A DNA stretch of 64,000 nucleotides from Octopus sinensis (Eukaryota): NCBI RefSeq assembly GCF_006345805.1, contig NC_043005.1:16678001-16742000 (forward strand). Direction: 5' to 3'. How positions within the stretch are numbered: position 1 is the stretch's first letter; each line of letters opens with the position of its first letter. The notes beneath the pieces are model-generated. The model did no database searches and was not told the origin of the DNA. It saw only the letters and a list, made by a program, of their open reading frames with translations. This document shows positions 52,600 to 64,000 of the stretch, piece by piece. The translations under genes and the position numbers were made by a program.

Positions 52600-53995
52600 C
52601 GTTCAGTTTGTAAAGGAAACCAATTTTTCCATTATACGGACATTAACAACAAATTAAACTGCAAGCTGAGCCTGAGTTAGATCTTAGAACTAATATTTTT
52701 CTTTGTCATGGATACACCCATGACCACAGCAGTGACTCTAACAGGAAAATCTAAAAATACAATAACTGAGTGGTACAATGTGTGCCGCGAAGTGTGTGGA
52801 GCCATAGTTCATTATGATTGACGAAGCAAGATTTGCTGGACAACGAAAATACAATTGACGAAGAATGGTGAATGGCGACAACACTCCCCTCTTTGAAGAC
52901 AGTAATGTAGAACAACGAAACAATAGGAACCATGGACATAGAATTGATCGGCCATGGGTTTTTGGTCTCAAACAAGGCTCAGACTGTCGATACAATTGTG
53001 TGGAACGGCGTGACGGGAACAGTCTGATCCTAATTATTGAAAGCGAATGTGAAAAAGGTTTGTAGTAGATCTTGCAAGCATGAAGTGGATTCGATCCACC
53101 ATAGCCAAATTTAAATTAGCACTGCAACAGAACTTTTCCTATGGTGGAACAATAGTTTTTCTCTGGCAGCAGTTTTACATTTTCCAGATGCCTTTAGCTA
53201 GGCCAAAATAATGTCTTCACTACTTGACCCTTTCTAACCTCTTCTACTTCACCAAAAGCTAGAATAGAGATAACCAGACCACCAACTAAATCTATTGTTC
53301 TCAATGATATGTCTATCCTTTTGGATAGCTATAAAAGCAAGAACCCCCAAGCAAAAACCAAGTAGCCACTTGGCGACAAGTGAGTGAGGCAGCTTGTGAC
53401 AACTCAGTTAGTTAGGGAATGGACTGCTAGAATCCTGATCACAAGGAACGCTGCTTCTAAAGATAATGGTCAGTGAGAGAAATGAAATTTACTGTCAGCA
53501 ACTATGAGACAACACCCTACAACTCTCACTAGCTCTAATTCTGTTCTCTTACAACATCATTCTATCTCTCTCAGCAATTACTACTAAACAATGAAGAGAA
53601 CACAAACACAAGCTTTACTTTGCATACTTTTGGATTTATCATAACCTGCCCGCCGAAGCAAGGTATTGCAACATAACGGTAAATAAATACTTTCTTAAAA
53701 TTTCATACATTGTTCATCTTTCACATCCTACAGTATGCAATTATAACAACAAATTTTTATCATTACAACTGCTGACTTCAACATTTCATAATATTGTGTA
53801 CCTAATCGTATTTATCATTACAGATTCAGTAATTCATTCAGATGAGTGGTCTGCTTATTATGATTTAAATGCCATAGATTATCACCATCTCACAGTGAAC
53901 CATCAATGACATTATGTGGATCCAGTGACCGGAGCACACAATCAGGCCATTGAGTGATCATCGTTAGATGCTAAAACTATGATTCTGAAAAAAAA
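52600..53995 (+). mobile_element. Merlin (IS1595/ISXO2-like) transposase pseudogene split by a GT-AG intron (53058-53823)
   Basis: EWYNVCREVC, IDEARF..RKYN, PWVFG, VERRD | SVIHSDEWSAY, HLTVNH, YVDPVTGAH; several stops and one frameshift. Confidence 0.85.
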
Positions 53996-54068
53996 ATGAT
54001 CTCTGAAATATCTGAAAGATAAAGTAGATTGGGTTATTATATATATATATATAAATATATAAATATAT

Positions 54069-54113
<45 letters not shown>

Positions 54114-54145
54114 TTTATTTAAAGCAGCAGAAAATTCAACAAAAT

Positions 54146-54183
54146 CTGTTACTCTGAGTTTCTCGTTGCCATTCATCAAACAG
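54146..54183 (-). ncRNA. Degenerate hammerhead (PLE-type terminal repeat)
   Basis: CUGU UUGAUGA..GAAA CUCAGAG UA ACAG; core altered at C3. Confidence 0.45.
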
Positions 54184-54192
54184 TTTTTGCTA

Positions 54193-54254
<62 letters not shown>

Positions 54255-54299
54255 ACATATATATACACACTTCCCAGACGAGCTCCAGCATTATTTTTT

Positions 54300-54469
54300 A
54301 GGCGCTGGAGTGGCTGTGTGATAAGTAGCTTACTTACCAACCACATCGTCATGGGTTCAGTCCCACTGCATGGCACCTTGGGCAAGTGTCCTCTACTATA
54401 GCCTCGGGCTAACCAAAGCCTTCTGAGTGGATTTGGTAGACATAAACTGGAAGAAGCCCATTGTATATG

Positions 54470-54500
<31 letters not shown>

Positions 54501-54735
54501 TTGTGTTGTATATGTTTGTGTGTCTGTGTTTGCTCCCCCTCCAACATCGCTTAACAACCGATGCTGGTGTGTTTATGTCATCGTAACTTAGCGGTTCGGC
54601 AAAAGCGACCAATGGAATAAGTATTAGGCTTACAAAGAATAAGCTCTGGGGTCGATTTGCTAGACTATAAAGGCGGTGCTCCAGCATGGCCGCAGTCAAA
54701 TGACTGAAACAAGTAAAAGAAAGAATAAAAAAGAA
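54300..54735 (+). mobile_element. Full family D SINE
   Basis: As above. Confidence 0.85.
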
Positions 54736-54741
54736 CATATA

Positions 54742-55454
<713 letters not shown>

Positions 55455-55473
55455 ATATATATATATATATAGT

Positions 55474-55841
55474 GGAGGCGCAATGGCCCAGTGGTTAGGG
55501 CAGCGGACTCGCGGTTTCGATTCCCAGACCGGGCGTTGTGAGTGTTTATTGAGCGAAAACACCTAAAGCTCCACGCGGCTCCGGCAGGGGGTGGTGGCGA
55601 TCCCTGCTGTACTCTTTCACCACAACTTTCTCTCACTCTTACTTCCTGTTTCTGTTGTACCTGTATTTCAAAGGGCCGGTCTTGTCACTCTCTGTGTCAC
55701 GCTGAATATCCCCGAGAACTGCGTTAAGGGTACACGTGTCTGTAGAGTGCTCAGCCACTTACATGTTAATTTCACGAGCAGGCTGTTCCGTTGATTTGGA
55801 TCAACCGGAACCCTCGTCGTCGTAACCGACGGAGTGCTTCC
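55474..55841 (+). mobile_element. SINE head B plus tail 1, inserted in (TA)n
   Basis: Matches the 49680 copy apart from a short deletion in the head. Confidence 0.9.
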
Positions 55842-55898
<57 letters not shown>

Positions 55899-55914
55899 AT
55901 ATGTATATATATAT

Positions 55915-56778
55915 AATATCTCGAAAACTATTAAGAACATAAAAAATACGTCAGATATATTCTGAAAGCCTGCAATTTCAAGATTTTTTTTATAGAATGT
56001 TCAAAGATGTTCGATGTGACCGCCGTTGGTCACACGGCACACATCAAGCCGATAGTCCAATTCTTGCCAAACGTGTTCCAGCATTGCGTTGTCGATGGTT
56101 GCAACCACTTTCATTATTCAGGCTTCAGTTCATCAACGTCTTTTTGAAAGGGGAGGCACATAGACCAGGTCCTTTCAAAAATGCCCACAAAAAGAAATGG
56201 CAGGGTGTGAGATCTGGAGTCTTGGGAGGCCAGGGCATGAGAACGCGATCATCTGGCCCAGACCGTCCAATCCATCTGTCTGGCAGTGTTGTGTTCAGAT
56301 ATTGTCTAACACTGAGTCTCCAGTGCGGTGACACTCCATCCTGTTGGAAAATGAAGTCCCTACAGGCTCTTCTGATCGATTTACAGGGCTCCGCTCGAAG
56401 GTTAAAACTCGCTCAACTGTATCATCTGAAGTTGAGGGGCATCCCGTTGTCTTAGCTAGGTACAAACACCCATCCTTTATGAATTTACTATGCCATCTCA
56501 ATATGGACTTCCTTTCTGGCGCCTCTTTGCAGAATTTTGTGTGAAATGAACATTGAACAAGTGTCCATGATCCAGTTTTCGCAAATTCAAGGATGCAAAG
56601 CACCTTTCCTGGTTGAGTGAACACCATTACTGTATCTGAAAAAATATGAAAAATCATTAGCATTACAAAAAAGCTTAATGAATTTAGCTTTAAAATGGTA
56701 CCAGTTTCGTCTTACCACCAATCATAGTGCAGCACATATGAGGACTTGAAATGTGCCCTAGACTTCTGGAACACCCTG
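55915..56778 (-). mobile_element. Tc1/mariner (maT-like) transposase remnant
   Basis: LEFAKTGSWTLVQ helix-turn-helix region; WPPKTPDLTPCHFFLWAFLK; CAGGGTGTTCC terminus plus TA. Confidence 0.85.
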
Positions 56779-56809
<31 letters not shown>

Positions 56810-56991
56810 TATTCTTTTATTATTTTAGTCATTTGACTGCGGCCATGCTGGAGCACCACCGTTTAGTCGAGCAACTTGACCCCAGGACTTATTATTTGTA
56901 AGCCTAGTACTTATTCTATCGATCTTTTTTGATGAACTGCTAAGTTACGGGGATGTAAACACACCAGCATCACATGTCAAGTGATGTTGGA

Positions 56992-57022
<31 letters not shown>

Positions 57023-57568
57023 CATATATACAACAGACTTCTTTCAGTTTCCATGTACCAAATCCACTCACAAGACTTTGATCGGCCCGCGGCTATAGTA
57101 GAAGACACCTGTCCTGGGTGCCACGCAGTGGGATGAACCCGAAACCATGCCATCGGTAAGCAAGCTACTAACCAAACTTGTGTATATATATATATGTATA
57201 TATATATGTATGTATATATGCATGTATATATATATATATATATTTAGATATATATATGAATATATATATATTTACTCTTTTACTCTTTTACTTGTGTCAG
57301 TCATTTGACTGCAGCCATGCTGGAGCACCGCCTTTTAGTCGAGCAAATCGACCCCGGAACTTATTCTTTGTAAGCCCAGTACTTATTCTATCGGTCTCTT
57401 TTGCTGAACCGTTAAGTGACGGGGACGTAAACACACCAGCATCGGTTGTCAAACAATCCTAGGGGGCAAACACAAACACACGCACACACACACACATACA
57501 CATATATATATATAAATACATATATACGACAGGCTTCTTTCAGTTTCCGTCTACCAAATCCACTCACA
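56810..57568 (-). mobile_element. Two adjacent family D SINEs (56810-57175 and 57272-57568)
   Basis: Reverse complement matches to family D. Confidence 0.85.
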
Positions 57569-57893
57569 TATATTGTATATATTATTGTATATATATAAAA
57601 TTATGTATATATACGTGTATATATATATATGTGTGAGTATTTATGCGTGTGTGTGTGTGTATGTGTGTGTTTGTGTGTATATGTTTAGAGTGAGAGATAT
57701 ATATTTATAAATCAATTATATTATATATAATTATATATATATATATATATTATATATATATAGGGCTTAGTAAAATAAATTACTTTGCCACATACTGAAC
57801 TCATTAGAAATAGCAGCTAAAGAAATTTCTTCAGCTATTTCTAATACTAATAAGAGTAAAATAAATTATATATATATATATATATATAATATA

Positions 57894-57935
<42 letters not shown>

Positions 57936-57945
57936 ATATACATAA

Positions 57946-57984
<39 letters not shown>

Positions 57985-58276
57985 ATATATATATATATTA
58001 TATATATATATAATATATATATATAATATAAAATATAGATATATATATATATATATATATATAAATAATATAATATATACTCAAAATAAGCAACAAGAAT
58101 GATTCCGGTAATTTGGTACGATCGTTTCGTACTACATCATTTTATTAAATGTTGTAAGTATTACGACAGATTTAAGATGCTGAGTGCTCATCAGCCAATT
58201 GTAGAGGTTTTCCATTGATACAAAAATTTTCAAATTAAGTGGCAACATTATAGAGAAGGTAGATATATAGACAAAG

Positions 58277-58326
<50 letters not shown>

Positions 58327-58541
58327 ATGTATATATATATATACATATACTCCCATACATATATATACTGTAAATCCCTTGTTATATCATGGATCATCTA
58401 TCACGGTTTAGTATTTAAGCTTACATCAATTCCTCCGTGGAGATGTTTTGCATTTATAATAATATATATACCAGAGTAAACACATAAATGTGAAACAAGG
58501 TGGAAAAAAGAGTACTCAAATACCAGTGGTAGAGTAATATG

Positions 58542-58626
58542 CTTTATTTAAAGCAGCAGAAAATTCAACAAAAAGGGAAACTCAGAGTAACAGGTTTTGT
58601 TGAATTTTCTGCTGCTTTAAATAAAG
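58542..58626. repeat. Perfect 32-bp inverted repeat, fold-back of a PLE-type terminus
   Basis: Arms 58542-58573 and 58595-58626; unfolded version at 54112-54190. Confidence 0.9.
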
Positions 58627-59325
58627 TAATAATATATATATATATATAGAAATTATAAAAATAATTTTTAAAAATACACAGTACACTACTCGGTGGGTGG
58701 AGTTTTGGAACATAATACCTTTGATAGTCAAGGGATTACTGTATGAATATATATTTATTTACATACACACACATCCCACATATATGTATCACATATTTGG
58801 TGTGTAATTTGTTGCGTGGGTGTGTTCACATTTGACTCCACCCCCTAACCAACCGCATAAATGAAACATTATGTAAGAGTAGAGTCATGCAAGCATTTCG
58901 CATGCCAATGTATTGTAGTTTAAAACTGACATACTCAATGAAATATGCCAATGTAAATATTAACACACACACACACACACAAACAGACATGCATGTGCAA
59001 GTGTATGCACACACACACACACTTCAGTATATGCATCTGTTTTTTTATTAATATTTAGCAGAAGCAACAGAGTGACTCAAGGGCCGAGAGCTTCGTGTTG
59101 GCACGTATATATGTATATATGTGAGTATACATACATATACAGACACACACACACACACATATATGTGTGTATGTATATATGTATATATATGTGTGTGTGG
59201 GATATATATATATATATATAATAATATATATACATATACACACATATACACACACATATATATACATACATAAATACATATATATATACACACATATATA
59301 TGTGTGTGGTGTGTATGTATGTATA

Positions 59326-59371
<46 letters not shown>

Positions 59372-59394
59372 GACGAAAACATAGATACATACAC

Positions 59395-59436
<42 letters not shown>

Positions 59437-59833
59437 GTGTATATATTATATATATGATATATGTTTATTATGTATGTATATATGTGTGTGTATATATGTG
59501 TGTATATGTATATGTATATACATATATATATAGAGAGAGAGACAGACAGAAACATAGATACATACACACATACATACACACATACATACATACATAAATA
59601 CACACATACATACATACATACATACATACATACATACATACATACATACATACATACATACAGATTATATCTTTATATATATATATATATATACACACCT
59701 TTTCTTTCTTTGTTTCTCTCTTCATTCTTTCAGCTTTTTTTTTTATTATTATTATTTTTTACTGTGTGTTGAGTTGGTGGTAGGGGTGTACCAGTAAGGA
59801 GTTACAAGTTTCTGCTGATTATTCTCCACACCT

Positions 59834-59880
59834 TCTTACCTGTAGAGAAAGAAAATAAAAAAGAAAGAAAAGAGGGAAAG
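59834..59880 (-). other. Strong 3' splice site directly followed by GTAAGA (recursive site or start of a terminal exon)
   Basis: About 35-nt pyrimidine tract then CTACAG|GTAAGA, junction at 59840/59839. Confidence 0.5.
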
Positions 59881-60221
59881 ACTGCATTATGAGAACATTT
59901 CTGGTGGCCAGTGACTTTATGAAACAACAATTCCAACTATGTGATTATTGACACAGAGCTGCTGTCAAAATAGATGTGATGGCTTTTGTTTTGTCTAACA
60001 TCTACTGAAGACATGTTGGTGAGTCAGCCAACACACATTTAAGTCCTCTACCCGTTTCATATTTGGAGATCAAATGCATCATTTCCTCTCTGTTGAACAG
60101 CATTCTGTTCCAGTACAAATGAGTGCAGCTCTACCCACTAGAGACAGCAGCAAGATATCACGTGAATCATACCTTATTTGCTTAAAAAAAGGACATATTG
60201 AATAATGCAGTCCCAGAAATA

Positions 60222-61010
60222 TTGGGTTGTCCAGAAAGTTTGTGCCGATTTATAGTAGCTTACCTTTCGACTTATTTTAGAACATGGCTGAGTCCATGAA
60301 ATAGGATTTGGCTACACCTCCATTTAGAGCACAGTTTAAGCTATCTTTTCGTGGAAGAAGGTTTATGTTCCTATAACCTGTGTTAATTCTGTAACCCTTT
60401 AAAATGAAAGATAAGAAAGTTCATTTTCAGCACCTGATGCTTTGGGAACCAGACAAAAATTGCTGCAGCTCGGCTGGGATGTGTTACCCCACCCTCCATA
60501 TTCACCAGATATTGCTCCTTCGAACTCCCACTTATTCAGGTCTCTGCAGAATAGTCTAAATGGTAAAAAATTTCAATTCGTTGGATGACATAAAAAGATA
60601 CCTTGATGAATTCTTTGCCACGAAACCACCTCAATTCTGGGAAGAGGGTATTTTCAAGTTAAAGGAAAGATGGAGATGCATTATGCAACAAAATGGTTCA
60701 TATTTGGTTGATTAAAAATGTAATGGCAAGTATTTATTGACCTTTTTCTTTCCTTTAACCCTTTAGCATTTAAACCGGCCATATCCGGCCAAAATATTCT
60801 CCTCTGTTCTTTGTTCAAATTGGCCCAATCTGGCCTCTCACACCAGCCCTACTATATAATTCTAAAAATGAATAGTTACTTTATCAAAATGTCAAAGCTA
60901 CAAGATAATGCAGGATTAATTGAAAACAATGGGAATAAATAAGCATTTTTGACAGAATAATGTGAATACTAAAGGGTTAAAAATTGGCACGAACTTTCCG
61001 GACAACCCAA
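60222..61010 (+). mobile_element. Second copy of the same deleted mariner, with a nested MITE
   Basis: Same TIRs and the same internal deletion; WDVLPHPPYSPDIAPS. Confidence 0.9.
60759..60976. mobile_element. piggyBac-type MITE (218 bp)
   Basis: TTAA TSD on both sides; CCCTTTAG/CTAAAGGG termini; empty site visible in the 46529 copy. Confidence 0.88.
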
Positions 61011-61099
61011 TATTATATGTGGACAGAAGTTGGGATGGTCTTGATGTGATGATACAGCCTTGATCATAATCTATTGGATCAGGATTGAGCTGAGAATAA

Positions 61100-61500
61100 A
61101 TAATAACAACAATAATCCTTTCAACAGGAAGCACAAGGCCTCAAATTTGGGGGAAGAGACTAAGTCGATTACATCAACCCCAGTGCGTAACTGGTTCTTA
61201 TTTAATTGAAAGGCAAAGTTGATCCTAGAAGAATTTGAACTCAGAACATAGCAGCAGACAAAATACCTATTTCTTTACTACCCACAAGGGGCTAAACACA
61301 GAGAGGACAAACAAGGACAGACAAACGGATTAAGTCAATTATATCGACCCCAATGCGTAACTGGTACTTATTTAATCGACCCCAAAGGGATGAAAGGCAA
61401 AGTCGACCTCGGCGGAATTTGAACTCAGAACGCAATGGCAGACGAAATACCGCTAAGCATTTCGCCCGTCGGGTTAACGTTTCTGCCAGCTTGCCGCCTT
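61100..61500 (-). mobile_element. Dimeric family A SINE
   Basis: Reverse complement of the full dimer with an ATT-type tail. Confidence 0.85.
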
Positions 61501-61699
61501 AACAACAACAATAATAACAACAGGAACAGTCTGAGACACAAGAGTGTCAATAACACAAATGCTAATCCCAAAGGAGTGTACAGATGATCACACAACATGA
61601 AGGAAAGAGCAGTCAAATCAGCTTCTAATCACATTTTGATGTCTTAAAAAATAAGGGACACATTTGAAAGCATAAATATAAAAAAGTAAAGTTACATTC

Positions 61700-61852
61700 A
61701 CGAGTCATGCTGACTCACAAGGGCCAGTTTCCCAGTTTCATGGCAAATAAATACCCCACCTGGATGGGATGCCAGTCCTTCACAGGAATGCTCATTTTTG
61801 CTGGCTGAGTAAACTGGAGCAACATGAAATTAAGTGTTTTGCTCAAGAACAA
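61700..61852 (-). mobile_element. CORE-like SINE fragment with tail 2
   Basis: Reverse complement of CORE plus tail 2. Confidence 0.7.
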
Positions 61853-61859
61853 GACTGTG

Positions 61860-62045
61860 CAGCATGCATTTGTGAGAGAGTTCTCTAAAAAGTCACCAAC
61901 AGCAATGCAGATTTGGACATGGCACAAAAAATTCAAAGAGGAAGGCTGTCTGTGCAGGGCAAAAGGATCTGGATGACCACTAACATTGGAAGAGTGGGTT
62001 CACTAAAAACTCTTGCGAAGCCCTAAGAAGTCCATAAGAAGCCTG
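61860..62045 (+). mobile_element. maT-like transposase N-terminal fragment
   Basis: QHAFVREFSKKSPTAMQIWTWHKKFKEEGCLC. Confidence 0.7.
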
Positions 62046-62543
62046 TCTGCTTAAATATATACATTACTCTTACACACATTCAATCTACTCGCCATTTATA
62101 CCACCACGACACTGGACACACACAACACTACTACTCACAAACGCTTGGCACGCTACATACGCCCCCACCCCTTCCCCTCCCCCCTTCCTCCTTCCTTCTT
62201 TTTCTTACTACTGACCTTTGTCTGCTAAGCTGACCACTATCTCGCCCTACCTCACACTCCTACACAACAGAACGCACACACTAACACACACATATATATT
62301 TTTTTGTTTTTTCATCTCGCCTCACACACACACTACACCACAACACCACACGCACACACTCACACAAACTCACCACATCTGTTGCATTACCAACCTTGTC
62401 TCCACTCTTTTGCCTTAAAACACCTTTGCTCTGTTTTCGTAACATCCGCCTTTCACCATGTGCAACTCGTAAACCCAGTCGTCTTTTTTCTCTTCCCTGT
62501 TGCCCCCTCTCTGGGATCTTTCTTTCCTCTCTCTTCCTTCTTT

Positions 62544-62580
62544 GGTTTCCGACGAAGAGCTCCGCTCGAAACGTCATACC
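62544..62580 (+). ncRNA. Degenerate hammerhead (U4C)
   Basis: CCGACGA A GAGC-UCC-GCUC GAAA CG UC; stem I has 1 mismatch. Confidence 0.55.
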
Positions 62581-62754
62581 TCCCTGCTTCCATCTCCGAG
62601 CGCCTATTAATAATAATACTGTAATTGTTCCATTGTTGTTGTTTTTTTGTTTCCTGTTGGATAAAATTATATATATATAGGTATATATATATATATGTAT
62701 TATATATATATGTATATATATATATATAATAGCCCGGTGGCACGTATAAACAAC

Positions 62755-63012
62755 ATTTAAGCATGGTCATTGCCAGTGCCACTGGACTGGCTCCTGTGCA
62801 GGTAGTATGTAAAAAGCACCTTTTGAGCATGACTGGCACATAAAAGTATTCACTACACTCTCTGAGTGGTTGGTATTAGGAAGGACATCCAGCTGTAGAA
62901 ACTTTGCCAGATTCAGAGTGGAACCTGGTGCAGCCATCTGGCTCACCAGTCCTCAGTCAAACCATCCAACCCATGCCAACATGGGAAGTGGACGTTAAAC
63001 AACGACGACGAC
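62755..63012 (+). mobile_element. 3' tail of another SINE/LINE family ending in (GAC)n
   Basis: Contains GAGTGGTTGG..AGGAAGGACATCCAGCTGTAGAAA..AACCCATGCCAACATGG..GGACGTTAAAC, a typical retroposon 3' region. Confidence 0.55.
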
Positions 63013-63325
63013 AAACATATATATATGTTTGTGTGACTGTATTTGTCCCCCCATCATCGTTTAACAACCGATGTTGGTGTGTTTACATTCCAGTAACTTA
63101 GCGGTTCGGCATAAGAGACCAATAGAATAAGTACTAGGCTTACAAAGAATAAGTTCTAGGGTCAATTTGTTCGACTAAAGGCAGTGCTCCAGCATGGCTG
63201 CAGTCAAGACTGAAACAAATAAAAGAAAAAAAAAGAATATGAATTGTTGTATTTATGTTTGAGGCTGAGTCACAGATGTATATACTCACACACACAAACA
63301 CACACAAACACACACACACACATAC

Positions 63326-63470
63326 CTATGAGTGAAGGAGATTCATGTCCTTTAAAACCTCAGGAGCAGGGGGGGTGCAGAGAGAGACTAGGTTGACAGA
63401 TTAAGTATAATTCCTTTTCCTTTCCCTGAGTTCCCACGGAACAAAATGAGACGAAACAAGAGAACCCGAC
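63326..63470 (-). other. Candidate 145-bp non-coding exon
   Basis: Long pyrimidine tract plus TTGCAG acceptor; AG|GTATGT donor; stops in all three frames. Confidence 0.5.
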
Positions 63471-64000
63471 CTGCAAGGAGGAAAGTTAGAAACTAAACTC
63501 ACACAGAAGAGAAACAAAGAAGAGAAACAGAAAGAAGACAACTAAAAAGGAAAAAAAAAAGGAAAAGGAAACAATGAAAAAAATGAAAGAAAACCCGTCA
63601 ATGAAAGATAACAGTCATCGATATCAAAATTGAACATAATTCTGATTCAACGTAGCGTATTATCTTTGTTGAAGGTTAACGCATTATCGTTCCATCAGTC
63701 ACACACCAGACTTGTAAATGGAACGAGATCTTTTCATGTACATGTTAATGTGATAAAAAATTGCTAATAAAATGATTGTTATAAAAAATGTTCTCCGATT
63801 GCTGATTAAAGAAAACCATTCAGAGACGCCGCCGTAAATAAAACTTATTAATTCCCACATGTGACAACATGTGGATGATACGTGATTGTGAGTGCAATGC
63901 TCATGTGGTTGAGAAGGTTGGAAAATGGAAGAACAATGTGTAAACAAGTGCGTATGTGTCTATGTCTTGTATTACGTATCCAAACATATAACATAATCAT

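Noticed and set aside
53125-53672. Possible solo LTR inside the Merlin intron (TG..CA ends)
   Set aside because: No TSD and no second copy in the window.

Overview
AT-rich, microsatellite-dense eukaryotic DNA. The SINE families, the intron-bearing tRNA-Lys(UUU) and the repeat landscape suggest an octopus or other cephalopod (inferred, not proven). No intact host protein-coding gene can be supported; almost all long ORFs in the track are translated simple repeats. The window is a transposon graveyard: about five tRNA-derived SINE families (one in a 2-kb tandem array), mariner/maT remnants and MITEs, a MULE nested in a MITE, Helitrons, RTE, R4/Dong and Penelope-like (PLE) fragments, a piggyBac-type MITE, and two Merlin-type MITEs plus an intron-split Merlin transposase. 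It also holds one intron-containing tRNA-Lys gene and strong minus-strand splice signals near the right end. The most striking signal is non-coding: eight minimal type I hammerhead-ribozyme motifs in unrelated short elements. Several have fold-back or direct terminal repeats, two have compensatory C3-G8 core swaps (U3-A8, A3-U8), and one lies downstream of a tRNA-like Pol III head. SINE, MITE and Helitron boundaries were read by eye and may be off by several bases.
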